Assembly: GCA_964509225.1 (NCBI GenBank)
Contig: CAZDWB010000006.1
Span: 4,979 to 68,978, forward strand
Reading direction: 5' to 3'
Length of the DNA stretch: 64,000 nucleotides
Source of the DNA: an uncultured Sangeribacter sp.
Lineage (GTDB): Bacteria > Bacteroidota > Bacteroidia > Bacteroidales > Muribaculaceae
The notes under the pieces were generated by a model. That model had not been told where the DNA came from. It was given only the letters and a program-made list of their open reading frames with translations, and did no database searches. A program made the translations under genes and the position numbers. Below, piece by piece: positions 39,394-50,252 of this stretch (within the stretch, counting starts at the first letter, position 1; each line of letters starts with the position of its first letter).

Positions 39394-41517
39394 ATGAAAT
39401 TAACAGATAATAAAGTTTTGGTTATAGGATCAGGTGGTCGTTGTCACGCCATAGTGGATTCTCTTAACCGCTCGTCAAGAGTAGGAAAAATATATTGTGC
39501 TCCCGGAAATGCAGGAATAGCCATGCAGGCTGAATGTGTGCCTATAGGAGTTGAGAATATATCCGAACTGGCTGATTTTGCGAAAAAAAATGAAATAGAC
39601 CTGACGATAGTTGGACCTGAAGCGGCATTAGCAGCAGGTATAGCTGATGAGTTTGAACGAAGGGGTCTAATGATCTTTGGTCCGTCAAAATCCGCAACCC
39701 GCATAGAAAGCAGTAAGGAATTTGCTAAACGTCTGATGATGAAATATGATATACCGACAGGTAAATATCAATCATTTTCAGATTATGACGAAGCCTGGGA
39801 ATATGTTCAGAGTCGTCCTTTACCGGCAGTAATCAAATATGATGGTTTGGCGGCAGGAAAGGGTGTTACCGTTGCAAGTACATATAAAGAGGCGGAAAAA
39901 GCCCTGCGTTCTATGCTGAAAGATGAAACTTTCGGTCATGATAAAGTGATTGTTGAAGAGTATCTGGAAGGTCCGGAGTTCTCTTTGATGTGTTTGGTTA
40001 ACGGGGACAAGATTTATCCCCTCGCAACTGCTCAAGACCATAAACGTGCCTTCGATGGTGACCGTGGTCCCAATACAGGAGGAATGGGAGCCTATTCCCC
40101 TGTGGCGTTTGTCACCGAGGAAGTTCATAAAGATGCTATCGAACGGATAATGCAAAAGGCTGCTTCCGCCATGGTCCGTGAGGGTGTCCCTTTCAAGGGT
40201 ATTTTGTATGGAGGTTTAATTCTCACAGAACAAGGTCCTAAAGTCATTGAATTTAATGCGCGTTTCGGTGACCCGGAAACAGAAGTTGTGCTTCCTCGGA
40301 TGGAATCTGATATTTTAGACCTTTTGGAATCGGTAATAGAGAGCAAGGACTATGAGATAAAATGGTCTGACAAGGCTTGTCTCGGGATTGTTTTGGCTTC
40401 AGAGGGTTATCCTGGCAGCTATGAAAAAGGTATTGAAATAAGACTCCCTAATAATCACGACTCCCTAATCTATCACATGGGTACAGCCATAAAGGACGGA
40501 GAATTAGTGACTGCCGGAGGACGTGTGATGATGACTGTGGGACTTGCGCCAAATTTGGAAATGGCTCGTGATATAGCTTTGTCTGATGCCAAGGAAGTTA
40601 AATGCAGTTCTCTATTTTTCAGAACGGATATAGGAAAAGCGGTTCTGGGGAGCAGTCTGAATAAGGTAATTATCAGTGGAACCGAGATTGCCAGGAAAAT
40701 TAAAGATAGTTTAAAGGAGGAGACAGCTTCATTGAAAGAAGCAACCGGGAAGGTCCCTCATCTGGCAGTTGTACTGGTCGGGAATGATCCTGCGAGTGCG
40801 AATTATGTCTCCACAAAAGGTAAAACAAGCCTTCAGTTGGGATATAAACACACTGCAGTGCATTTCCCGGAAAACGTCAGTGAAGAGGAATTGATCACAA
40901 AAATCACTGAGATGAATGCCGATGAAGATATTAATGGCATTTTGGTGCAACTGCCTTTACCGAGACATATCAATAAAAACAGAGTTCTAAGGACCATAAG
41001 TCCTGAAAAGGATGTTGATGCGTTTCATCCAACGAATATTTCCTCTCTTTGGCTAAAGACCGAAGGGATTCTACCTTGCACTCCCAAAGGGATAATTCGG
41101 ATGCTCGATGAGGGGGGAATACCGATAGACGGAAGTCATGCAGTTGTGATAGGTAGGAGCAATATCGTGGGGTTCCCTGTGGCAAAAATGCTTCTGGATA
41201 GAAATGCAACGGTAACTGTAGCTCATAGTCACACACGAAATCTTGCATCTATTACCCGCGAAGCTGACATTTTAGTTGTAGCCATTGGTAAAGCCAAAAT
41301 GATTACTGCTGATATGGTAAAACCTGGTGCTGCAGTTATTGATGTCGGTATTAATCAAGACACAGAAACCGGTAGAATGTGTGGGGATGTAGATTTCGAA
41401 GCTATGAAAGAGAAGGTTTCTATTATAACCCCGGTGCCCGGAGGTGTGGGACCGATGACAATAGCATGTCTTATGGAAAACACGATGGAATGTTTCCGTA
41501 AACAGAATGGATTATAA
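39394..41517 (+). CDS. purD: Fusion of phosphoribosylamine-glycine ligase (PurD) and methylene-THF dehydrogenase/cyclohydrolase (FolD)
   Basis: About aa 1-420 carry PurD motifs (GSGGR, GLAAGKGV, PNTGGMGAY, EFNARFGDPE, FRTDIG). The remainder carries FolD motifs (KDVDAFHP, PCTPKG, GRSNIVG, TPVPGGVGPMTIACL). One unbroken frame. Confidence 0.93.
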   Translation: MKLTDNKVLVIGSGGRCHAIVDSLNRSSRVGKIYCAPGNAGIAMQAECVPIGVENISELADFAKKNEIDLTIVGPEAALAAGIADEFERRGLMIFGPSKSATRIESSKEFAKRLMMKYDIPTGKYQSFSDYDEAWEYVQSRPLPAVIKYDGLAAGKGVTVASTYKEAEKALRSMLKDETFGHDKVIVEEYLEGPEFSLMCLVNGDKIYPLATAQDHKRAFDGDRGPNTGGMGAYSPVAFVTEEVHKDAIERIMQKAASAMVREGVPFKGILYGGLILTEQGPKVIEFNARFGDPETEVVLPRMESDILDLLESVIESKDYEIKWSDKACLGIVLASEGYPGSYEKGIEIRLPNNHDSLIYHMGTAIKDGELVTAGGRVMMTVGLAPNLEMARDIALSDAKEVKCSSLFFRTDIGKAVLGSSLNKVIISGTEIARKIKDSLKEETASLKEATGKVPHLAVVLVGNDPASANYVSTKGKTSLQLGYKHTAVHFPENVSEEELITKITEMNADEDINGILVQLPLPRHINKNRVLRTISPEKDVDAFHPTNISSLWLKTEGILPCTPKGIIRMLDEGGIPIDGSHAVVIGRSNIVGFPVAKMLLDRNATVTVAHSHTRNLASITREADILVVAIGKAKMITADMVKPGAAVIDVGINQDTETGRMCGDVDFEAMKEKVSIITPVPGGVGPMTIACLMENTMECFRKQNGL

Positions 41518-41547
41518 ACAAAAAACTTACGAATTAAGAATATACCA

Positions 41548-42846
41548 ATGATAGAACGATACGGCAGAGATATTATGAGAAAGGTTTGGACTGAAGAGAA
41601 TAAGTTCAATGCCTATCTTAAAGTTGAATTATTGGCAGCTGAGGCCTGGAGTGAACTCGGAATAGTACCCAAAGAAGATATTGGAAAGCTCAATGAAAAG
41701 GCTACTTTCAATATCGATAGGATTAAAGAGATAGAACTTCAGACCCGTCATGATATTGTGGCTTTCACACGAGCGGTGAGTGAGAGTCTGGGAGAGGAAC
41801 GAAAATGGGTTCACTACGGGCTAACCAGCACTGACGTAGTTGATACAGCCAATGGATATCTCTTCAGTCAGGCGAATGCAATCATTCGGGAAGACTTGAA
41901 AAAGTTCAGTGAAATGTTAAAGCGCCAGGCAATCCGCTTCAAATATCTGCCATGTATAGGAAGAACCCATGGAATCCATGCCGACATCACCAGTTTCGGA
42001 CTGAAATGGGTGTTATGGTTCCAGGAGATGCAACGTAACATAAAGCGGTTTGATGAAGCTGCAAAAGGAGTTGAAGTTGGGAAAATCAGCGGTGCAGTAG
42101 GTAACTTTGCCAATATCCCACCGTTTGTCCAGGATTTCGTATGCAACAAGCTGGGAATCGATAGTGCTGACATTTCCACTCAAATTATTCAACGCGACCG
42201 CCATGCCTATTACATGGCAACAATTGCCCTTATCGGAGCCACTTTGGAACAAATGGCAATGGAAGTTAGAAATTTACAGCGTACAGAAGTTCACGAGGTA
42301 GAAGAGGCATTCGGTAAAGGTCAGAAAGGTTCCAGTGCTATGCCACACAAACGTAATCCCATCAGTAGTGAAAATATCTGTGGATGCGCGCGTGTACTTA
42401 GAGGGTATATGATGACAACCTATGATAATGTGGCGCTATGGCATGAACGTGATATTTCACATTCTGCGACTGAACGAATCCTTATGCCGGATGCAACTAT
42501 CCTTTTGGATTATATGCTCAACCGAATGATGGGAATCCTTGAAAACCTTGTGGTTTTCGAAGACCGCATGAAAAGTAATATTTACATCACAAATGGAGTA
42601 ATATTCGCTCAACGCGTTATGAATGCCCTTATTTCCAAAGGGTTCACACGGGAAAAAGCCTACGATACGGTTCAACCTATTGCCATGAAGGCCATGAGTT
42701 CGGGAGAATCATATCAGACACTTCTCAAAAATGACCCATTTGTAATGGAACATCTTACAGAAGAAGAGCTTGACGATTGCTTCACATTGGATTATTATTT
42801 AAAGAATGTTGACTACATCTATAAACGGAACAAAATAGAACAATAA
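41548..42846 (+). CDS. purB: Adenylosuccinate lyase (Bacillus-like length)
   Basis: HYGLTSTD, GRTHGIHA, GSSAMPHKRNP and WHERDISH motifs. Confidence 0.96.
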   Translation: MIERYGRDIMRKVWTEENKFNAYLKVELLAAEAWSELGIVPKEDIGKLNEKATFNIDRIKEIELQTRHDIVAFTRAVSESLGEERKWVHYGLTSTDVVDTANGYLFSQANAIIREDLKKFSEMLKRQAIRFKYLPCIGRTHGIHADITSFGLKWVLWFQEMQRNIKRFDEAAKGVEVGKISGAVGNFANIPPFVQDFVCNKLGIDSADISTQIIQRDRHAYYMATIALIGATLEQMAMEVRNLQRTEVHEVEEAFGKGQKGSSAMPHKRNPISSENICGCARVLRGYMMTTYDNVALWHERDISHSATERILMPDATILLDYMLNRMMGILENLVVFEDRMKSNIYITNGVIFAQRVMNALISKGFTREKAYDTVQPIAMKAMSSGESYQTLLKNDPFVMEHLTEEELDDCFTLDYYLKNVDYIYKRNKIEQ

Positions 42847-44138
42847 TGTCGGAAAGATTAGTAGTTATCGGCTCCCAATGGGGGGATGAAGGGAAAGGGA
42901 AAATAACCGATTTCTTTGCCTGTAAAGCTGATATGGTAGTAAGATACCAGGGCGGTAACAATGCCGGTCATACAGTGGCGTTTAACGGTAAAAAATACTC
43001 TTTGCGGAGTATTCCATCGGGAATTTTCAATCCCTCTACAGTTAATGTAATGGCTAACGGAATGGTGGTGAATCCAGAATCTGTTGTGGCGGAATTAGAA
43101 AAGCTTCATGAAAGTGGGATTACTGATTATCAGCTATATATATCTGATCGTGCTGCCATGGTTATGCCTTACCATTCTGTATTGGACGGTGCCTATGAAG
43201 CAGGTTTGGGTGGTAATAAGATCGGTACTACAAAGAATGGTATCGGACCAGCATACGCAGACAAATATAGTCGGGTAGGCTTAAGAATCGGTGACCTTCT
43301 CCAGCCGGAATATTTCAGAACCCGTCTTGAAGCTGCCTTAAAAATCAAGAACCGGGAGCTTGATATGTTAGGACTTCCCACATTTGACATCGACAAGATT
43401 TTTACCCGTTATATGGAGCTTGCCGAAATCCTTGGTCCTCGTATTTGTGACACCTCCGCTCTTATTAATGACGCACTTCGCTCCGACAAGAAAATACTAT
43501 TTGAAGGTGCACAGGGAATGATGCTTGATGTAGATCATGGCACTTATCCATTCGTAACATCTTCTTGTCCTTCAGCCGCCAGTGTTCCGGTAGGTGCGGG
43601 GATTGCTCCTAAATGGATTGAAAATGTGGTCGGAGTAGCTAAATCATACTGCACACGTGTTGGTGAAGGTCCTTTCCCCTCCGAACTTCATGATAATCGA
43701 GCGGATGAGATTCGGGAAAGAGGTCATGAATATGGCACAGTTACCGGACGTCCGCGTCGTATCGGATGGTTCGATGCTGTAGTGGCCCGTTACACAGCTC
43801 AACTTGCCGGCATTGACTTTTGGGCATTGATGCTTTTTGATGTTCTTTCCGGTCTTGATAAAGTAAAAATATGTACCGGATATAAACTCGGTGAAAGAAT
43901 CCTTCAGACTCCACCTTCTACAATTGCCGAGTTAGCCCTTTGTGAACCTGTTTATATTGAACTCGATGGTTGGGAAGAAGACCTCACCGGGATGAAGGAT
44001 TACAATCAACTTCCCAAGGCAGCCAAGGCTTACATTTCCAAAATTGAGGAATTGACAGGAGTACCTGTCGGGATAGTATCGGTTGGCCCGGATCGTACAC
44101 AAACAATTATGATTTCGGAAAAATTGCGTAAATTTTAA
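42846..44138 (+). CDS. purA: Adenylosuccinate synthetase
   Basis: QWGDEGKGK, GGNNAGHT, FEGAQG and EYGTVTGRPRR motifs. Confidence 0.97.
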   Translation: MSERLVVIGSQWGDEGKGKITDFFACKADMVVRYQGGNNAGHTVAFNGKKYSLRSIPSGIFNPSTVNVMANGMVVNPESVVAELEKLHESGITDYQLYISDRAAMVMPYHSVLDGAYEAGLGGNKIGTTKNGIGPAYADKYSRVGLRIGDLLQPEYFRTRLEAALKIKNRELDMLGLPTFDIDKIFTRYMELAEILGPRICDTSALINDALRSDKKILFEGAQGMMLDVDHGTYPFVTSSCPSAASVPVGAGIAPKWIENVVGVAKSYCTRVGEGPFPSELHDNRADEIRERGHEYGTVTGRPRRIGWFDAVVARYTAQLAGIDFWALMLFDVLSGLDKVKICTGYKLGERILQTPPSTIAELALCEPVYIELDGWEEDLTGMKDYNQLPKAAKAYISKIEELTGVPVGIVSVGPDRTQTIMISEKLRKF

Positions 44139-44156
44139 ATTCAAGCTAATTCGAAT

Positions 44157-45629
44157 ATGTCATTTAAAGATAAAAAAATAGCGTTTGAAGGATTTACCTT
44201 CGATGATGTGCTTTTGATACCAGCTTATTCAGAGGTTACTCCAAATATGGTAGACACCAAAAGTCGTTTTTCACGAAATATCACCTTAAACGTTCCTTTT
44301 GTGTCAGCGGCAATGGATACTGTCACTGAGGGTGCCATGGCTATAGCTATCGCTCGCGAAGGAGGTATTGGTGTTATTCATAAGAATATGAGTATTGAAG
44401 CTCAGGCTCGCCAGGTTCGCAGGGTAAAACGTGCAGAGAGCGGGATGATTTATGATCCTGTTACTATTAAAAGGGACCAGACAATAAGGGATGCCCTGCG
44501 TCTTATGAAAGAACACCACATCGGAGGTATTCCGGTTGTGGAAGAGGATGGAAAACTTGTTGGTATTGTCACTAATCGCGATCTCCGTTTCCAGACAGAG
44601 CTGGATATGAAAATCAGTGATGTGATGACCTGGAAGAACTTAGTGACGACAACAAACCCGGAATTATCAGCAGCCTCTGAAATCCTGTTACGTCATAAGA
44701 TTGAGAAATTGCCGGTAGTAGATAATTGTGGAAAACTCGTTGGGTTGATAACTTATCGCGACATTACAAAAATTCAAGATTATCCTAAAGCTTGTAAAGA
44801 CAGCAAAGGACGTCTGAGAGTAGCCGCCGGTGTGGGAGTTACATCTGATACTTTGGAAAGGGTAAGCGCTCTTGTTGATGCCGGCGTAGATGCAGTGGTA
44901 ATAGATACTGCTCACGGACATTCTGCAAATGTGGTTAAGACTCTTAAGTTAATAAAAGAGACTTTCAAGAATATTGATGTTCTTGTTGGTAACATTGCTA
45001 CTGCCGAAGCAGCTCAATTCCTTATCAATGCCGGTGCAGATGGCATTAAGGTAGGAATAGGACCGGGCTCAATATGTACTACACGTATAGTAGCCGGTGT
45101 TGGTGTACCACAACTTAGTGCAATTTATGATGTAGCGGAGGTGGCCCATGCTGCCGGGGTTCCCGTTATCGCGGATGGTGGACTTCGTTACTCTGGAGAC
45201 ATAGTAAAAGCTCTCGCTGCCGGCGGGGACTCAGTAATGATGGGTTCTATGCTTGCCGGAGTTGAGGAATCACCCGGTGAAACCATCATATACAACGGTC
45301 GTAAATTCAAAGCATACCGTGGCATGGGTTCAATCGAAGCAATGCAAGCGGGTTCCAAGGATCGATATTTCCAATCTGACACGTCAGATGCTACAAAATT
45401 CGTACCGGAAGGAATCGTGGCAAGAGTACCTTATAAGGGTACCCTCAGTGAGACTATATATCAATTGTTAGGCGGTTTACGTTCCGGTATGGGTTATTGT
45501 GGCGCAGAAGACATTAACGCTTTACATGAAGCTCGTTTCGTAAGAATCACTTCTGCCGGTGTAATTGAAAATCACCCTCATGATGTGACAATTACCAAAG
45601 AAGCCCCTAACTATACACGCGGAGAATAA
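44157..45629 (+). CDS. guaB: IMP dehydrogenase (with CBS pair)
   Basis: [27 protein letters not shown] and YRGMGS motifs. Confidence 0.97.
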   Translation: MSFKDKKIAFEGFTFDDVLLIPAYSEVTPNMVDTKSRFSRNITLNVPFVSAAMDTVTEGAMAIAIAREGGIGVIHKNMSIEAQARQVRRVKRAESGMIYDPVTIKRDQTIRDALRLMKEHHIGGIPVVEEDGKLVGIVTNRDLRFQTELDMKISDVMTWKNLVTTTNPELSAASEILLRHKIEKLPVVDNCGKLVGLITYRDITKIQDYPKACKDSKGRLRVAAGVGVTSDTLERVSALVDAGVDAVVIDTAHGHSANVVKTLKLIKETFKNIDVLVGNIATAEAAQFLINAGADGIKVGIGPGSICTTRIVAGVGVPQLSAIYDVAEVAHAAGVPVIADGGLRYSGDIVKALAAGGDSVMMGSMLAGVEESPGETIIYNGRKFKAYRGMGSIEAMQAGSKDRYFQSDTSDATKFVPEGIVARVPYKGTLSETIYQLLGGLRSGMGYCGAEDINALHEARFVRITSAGVIENHPHDVTITKEAPNYTRGE

Positions 45630-45631
45630 AA

Positions 45632-47158
45632 ATGGAAAAAATATTAATAATAGATTTCGGTTCTCAATATACCCAACTTATAGCACGAAGAGTGCGTGAG
45701 TTGAATGTTTATTGTGAAATTTATCCCTTTAACCATTTTCCTGAACCAGATGAAGATGTCAAGGGTGTGATTCTCTCCGGCAGTCCATACTCAGTAAATG
45801 ACCCGGAAGCTCCTCGACCGGATTTATCAGGAATTAAGGGTAAACTTCCTTTGCTCGGAGTATGCTATGGCGCTCAATTTCTGGCTAAGGAATTTGGGGG
45901 GAAAGTTGAGAGTGCTCCCAGCCGTGAATACGGGAGGGCCATGTTAGTGGTCAAGGATCCGGAAGATGCGCTTATGCTCAATCTTCCTTCTCCCACCCAG
46001 GTCTGGATGTCACATGGGGATACCATCACTTATCTGCCGGAGAATTATAAGGTGATTGCCAGCACTGAGAATGTGAAGAATGCTGCTTTCAGGATTCTTA
46101 ACGAGGAGAGCTGGGGAATCCAATTCCATCCCGAAGTTTATCATTCTACAGATGGAAAGCAATTACTCTCAAATTTCGTAATCGGTATCTGCGGATGCAA
46201 AGGGGACTGGAGCCCTGCTTCCTTCATCGAGTCAACTGTTCTTGCACTTAAAGAAAAAATTGGAGAAGATAAGGTTATTTTAGGTCTTTCCGGAGGTGTG
46301 GATTCTTCTGTAGCCGCAATGCTACTAAATAAGGCTATCGGTGCCAATCTTCACTGTATCTTTGTAAATAACGGTTTGTTGAGAGCAAATGAATTTGAAG
46401 AGGTTCTGGATTCCTATAAGAATATGGGGCTCAACGTGAGAGGTGTAGATGCCTCCGAGAGATTTTACGAAGATCTGAAAGGTGTCAAAGATCCTGAACA
46501 GAAGAGGAAGATTATTGGAAGGGACTTTGTAGAAGTTTTTAACTCTGAAGCGGAAAAAGTTGAGGGAGCCCGTTGGTTGGCGCAAGGCACCATATATCCT
46601 GATGTAATTGAAAGTGTTTCGGTAAATGGACCTTCTGCAACAATTAAATCTCACCATAATGTGGGGGGATTACCAGAGAAAATGAATCTCAAGGTTGTAG
46701 AGCCGTTGCGACTTCTGTTCAAAGATGAGGTTAGACGGGTAGGTATTGCAATGGGTATGGATAAAACTCTCATAGGACGTCATCCCTTCCCGGGACCAGG
46801 TCTGGGTATAAGAATTTTAGGTGATGTGACTCCTGAGAAGGTCAGAATCTTACAACAAGCCGATAAAATATTCATTGATAACCTGAGGAAAGAGGGTCTA
46901 TACGACAAGGTGTGGCAGGCTGGAACTATTCTACTCCCGGTGCAAAGTGTGGGGGTAATGGGAGATGAACGCACTTACGAAAATTGTGTGGCATTAAGAG
47001 CTGTAATTTCTACTGATGGAATGACGGCTGACTGGGTACATCTCCCGTATGAGTTTTTGGCAAAGGTAAGTAACGAAATTATCAATAAAGTTCGCGGTGT
47101 GAACCGGGTAGTCTACGACATATCTTCAAAACCACCTTCGACAATCGAGTGGGAGTGA
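45632..47158 (+). CDS. guaA: GMP synthase (glutamine-hydrolysing)
   Basis: [39 protein letters not shown] and [10 protein letters not shown] motifs. Confidence 0.97.
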   Translation: MEKILIIDFGSQYTQLIARRVRELNVYCEIYPFNHFPEPDEDVKGVILSGSPYSVNDPEAPRPDLSGIKGKLPLLGVCYGAQFLAKEFGGKVESAPSREYGRAMLVVKDPEDALMLNLPSPTQVWMSHGDTITYLPENYKVIASTENVKNAAFRILNEESWGIQFHPEVYHSTDGKQLLSNFVIGICGCKGDWSPASFIESTVLALKEKIGEDKVILGLSGGVDSSVAAMLLNKAIGANLHCIFVNNGLLRANEFEEVLDSYKNMGLNVRGVDASERFYEDLKGVKDPEQKRKIIGRDFVEVFNSEAEKVEGARWLAQGTIYPDVIESVSVNGPSATIKSHHNVGGLPEKMNLKVVEPLRLLFKDEVRRVGIAMGMDKTLIGRHPFPGPGLGIRILGDVTPEKVRILQQADKIFIDNLRKEGLYDKVWQAGTILLPVQSVGVMGDERTYENCVALRAVISTDGMTADWVHLPYEFLAKVSNEIINKVRGVNRVVYDISSKPPSTIEWE

Positions 47159-47204
47159 TAAAATGATTCGTAAACAACCAATAAAAGAAAGAAGGTAATA
47201 AATT

Positions 47205-49091
47205 ATGGAGCCACTTAAACACGAATGCGGTGTGGCAATGATAAGACTCCGCAAACCATTGGAATATTTTCAGAATAAATATGGAAGCTGGAGTTTCGGT
47301 CTTAGTAAAATGTATCTCCTCTTGGAGAAACAACATAACAGGGGGCAGGAAGGTGCCGGACTGGCATGCGTGAAACTGGAAGCAAACCCGGGTGAAGAGT
47401 ATATGTTTCGCGAAAGAGCACTCGGCTCTAACGCCATAACTGAAATTTTTGACAATATTAATAAAGTATTGACAGAGACCCCGGCACATCTCCTCTCGGA
47501 TGCTGAATATGCAAAAAAATGTATCCCTTTTGCCGGTGAACTTTACATGGGTCACCTTCGCTATTCCACTACCGGTAAAACCGGTATAAGCTTTGTTCAC
47601 CCTTTTTTACGTCGTAATAATTGGCGTGCAAAGAATTTGGCGATGTGTGGAAATTTTAATATGACAAATGTAGATGAGGTTTTCTCACACATAACCTCTT
47701 TAGGTCAACACCCCCGTAAATATGCAGATACTTATATCATGCTTGAACAGATGGGGCATCGATTGGATAGAGAAGTTGAACGTCTGTTTGTTAAAGCTCA
47801 GAATAAAGGTCTGAAGGGGATGGATATCACCAATTATATAGAGGATAATATAGAATTGGTAAATGTCCTGACTTCTGCGGCTCCTTTCTGGGATGGTGGA
47901 TATGTGTTGTGTGGAATCACCGGTAGTGGAGAATCATTTACACTGCGTGATCCGTGGGGCATTCGTACTGCCTTCTATTATGTGGATGATGAACTGATGT
48001 TAATCGCTTCCGAACGCCCGGTAATTCAAACTGCTCTCGGAGTTGATACGGACAATATTAAGGAACTTAAACCCGGTGAAGCTATTCTTTCCAATAAAAA
48101 GGGGGAGATAAGGGTTGTGCAGGTGCTTGAGCCTAAAGGTTGCAATGCTTGCTCTTTTGAGAGAATATATTTCAGCCGCGGTTCAGACATAGATATCTAT
48201 CAGGAACGCAAGAAACTTGGCAGGACTTTGGTATCACCAATTCTAAAAGCTATTGATTATGACTTGGATAATACAGTAATTTCATTTATCCCCAACACTG
48301 CGGAAGTAGCATTTTATGGAATGCTGGAAGGGTTGGATAATTATCTCAATCGCCAAAAGATCAATAAGATTGAGAAATTAGGAAGTAATCCTTCTCATGA
48401 TGAAATACTTAATATCTTGTCAAAAAGAATCAGAAGTGAAAAAGTTGCCATCAAGGATATCAAGCTCCGCACTTTCATTGCTGAGGGAAATACCCGTAAT
48501 GACATGGCAGCCCATGTCTACGATATTACTTACGGGAGTCTTGTACCATATAAGGATAAACTTGTAGTTATAGACGACAGTATTGTTCGTGGCACAACAT
48601 TAAGACAAAGTATCATCAAGATTCTCGACCGTCTTCACCCCACTGACATCGTTATAGTCTCATCCTCGCCACAAGTGCGATTCCCCGACTATTACGGGAT
48701 AGATATGTCAAGCTTGGACCAGTTCATAGCCTTTAAGGCTGCCATAGAACTTCTTAAAGAGCGGAGAATGAATAAAATATTCCACGAAGTATATGAAAAA
48801 TCAAAAGCTCAAATTGACCTTCCTAAAGAAAAGATGGTGAATTATGTCAAGGAGATTTATGCCCCGTTCACTGAGGAAGAAGTGGCACAAAAGATTACTG
48901 AACTCCTGACACCGGAAGGAATAAATGCTAAAATCAAAATCGTATATCAATCCCTCGAAGGCCTACATCAATGCTGTCCTGATAATAAGGGAGACTGGTA
49001 TTTTAGCGGTGATTATCCCACTCCGGGAGGTGTTAAACTCGTAAATAAAGCTTTTATTGATTATTACGAAAAGCATCTCAAAGATAACTGA
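47205..49091 (+). CDS. purF: Amidophosphoribosyltransferase (long Bacteroidetes type)
   Basis: LKHECG Ntn cysteine, QHNRGQEG, GHLRY, CSFERIYFSRG and VIDDSIVRGTT motifs. Confidence 0.94.
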   Translation: MEPLKHECGVAMIRLRKPLEYFQNKYGSWSFGLSKMYLLLEKQHNRGQEGAGLACVKLEANPGEEYMFRERALGSNAITEIFDNINKVLTETPAHLLSDAEYAKKCIPFAGELYMGHLRYSTTGKTGISFVHPFLRRNNWRAKNLAMCGNFNMTNVDEVFSHITSLGQHPRKYADTYIMLEQMGHRLDREVERLFVKAQNKGLKGMDITNYIEDNIELVNVLTSAAPFWDGGYVLCGITGSGESFTLRDPWGIRTAFYYVDDELMLIASERPVIQTALGVDTDNIKELKPGEAILSNKKGEIRVVQVLEPKGCNACSFERIYFSRGSDIDIYQERKKLGRTLVSPILKAIDYDLDNTVISFIPNTAEVAFYGMLEGLDNYLNRQKINKIEKLGSNPSHDEILNILSKRIRSEKVAIKDIKLRTFIAEGNTRNDMAAHVYDITYGSLVPYKDKLVVIDDSIVRGTTLRQSIIKILDRLHPTDIVIVSSSPQVRFPDYYGIDMSSLDQFIAFKAAIELLKERRMNKIFHEVYEKSKAQIDLPKEKMVNYVKEIYAPFTEEEVAQKITELLTPEGINAKIKIVYQSLEGLHQCCPDNKGDWYFSGDYPTPGGVKLVNKAFIDYYEKHLKDN

Positions 49092-49169
49092 GGTTTATAT
49101 CATAATTAGAAAGGTATCGTTAATTTATAAAGGGGATGTCTCTTCCCCGGAATCGAAAATATAGGAAAC

Positions 49170-50252
49170 GTGAAAAAAGCGACACTAATACTCGATAATG
49201 GAGAGCAATTCGAAGGTTTCTCTTTCGGATACGAGGGTTCTGTGGCAGGTGAAGTGGTGTTCAACACTGCCATGACGGGTTATCCGGAAAGTCTTACAGA
49301 CCCTTCCTATGCAGGCCAAATCATGATTCTTACATATCCTCTAATCGGGAACTATGGAGTACCTTCGCAAGATATAGAGGACACCGGAATCTCTCATAAC
49401 CTGGAAAGCAATAAGATTCACCCAAAAGCCATGATTGTATCTGATTATAGTTATCACCATTCTCACTGGAATGCTTTGGATACTTTGTCTCAATGGCTTA
49501 AGAGAGAGAAAGTTCCTGCTATTACCGGAATAGATACCCGAGCATTGACAAAATTGCTTAGAGAACATGGTGTAATGCTTGGAAAAATTATAATCGAAGG
49601 AGTTCCTGAGAATCCGGATTCCGGTCAGTATGAGGGTATAAACTGGGTTGATAAGGTGAGTTGCAAAGAAGTTACCCGCTATAATGAAGGGAAAGGTTTA
49701 AAAAAGGTAGTTTTACTTGATTGTGGCGTTAAAGCAAATATCATCCGTTGTCTCACCCGGCGTGGGGTAGAGGTTATCAGAGTTCCCTGGGACTATGATT
49801 TCAATAATCTTGAATTTGATGGTCTTTTCTTGTCAAATGGTCCGGGTGACCCTGACATGTGCGAAGTCGCAGTCAAGAATATAAAGAAGGCTATGGAGAA
49901 TCCAAACCTTCCGATTTTCGGAATCTGCATGGGAAATCAATTATTAGGAAAAGCTGCCGGTGGCTCCATCTTTAAATTGAAGTATGGTCATCGCTCTCAC
50001 AACCAGCCGGTAAGGCTCGTCGGCACAAACCGTTGTTTCGTCACAAGTCAGAATCATGGGTATGCTGTAGACAATGAATCTCTGCCAGAAGATTGGGAAC
50101 CTCTCTTCATTAACCTTAACGATGGGTCCAACGAGGGGATACGACATAAGGAAAATCCTTGGTTCTCGGCTCAATTCCATCCGGAAGCCGCTTCCGGTCC
50201 TACTGATACTGAGTTCTTATTCGATGACTTCATCAAACTTTTAAAACAATGA
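49170..50252 (+). CDS. carA: Carbamoyl-phosphate synthase small subunit
   Basis: GEVVFNTAMTGYPESLTDPSY, SNGPGDP, GICMGNQ and QFHPEA motifs; GTG start. Confidence 0.97.
   Translation: MKKATLILDNGEQFEGFSFGYEGSVAGEVVFNTAMTGYPESLTDPSYAGQIMILTYPLIGNYGVPSQDIEDTGISHNLESNKIHPKAMIVSDYSYHHSHWNALDTLSQWLKREKVPAITGIDTRALTKLLREHGVMLGKIIIEGVPENPDSGQYEGINWVDKVSCKEVTRYNEGKGLKKVVLLDCGVKANIIRCLTRRGVEVIRVPWDYDFNNLEFDGLFLSNGPGDPDMCEVAVKNIKKAMENPNLPIFGICMGNQLLGKAAGGSIFKLKYGHRSHNQPVRLVGTNRCFVTSQNHGYAVDNESLPEDWEPLFINLNDGSNEGIRHKENPWFSAQFHPEAASGPTDTEFLFDDFIKLLKQ

Noticed and set aside
49132-49148. GGGGA/TCCCC hairpin between purF and carA
   Set aside because: Only 5 bp and no U tract; too weak to call.
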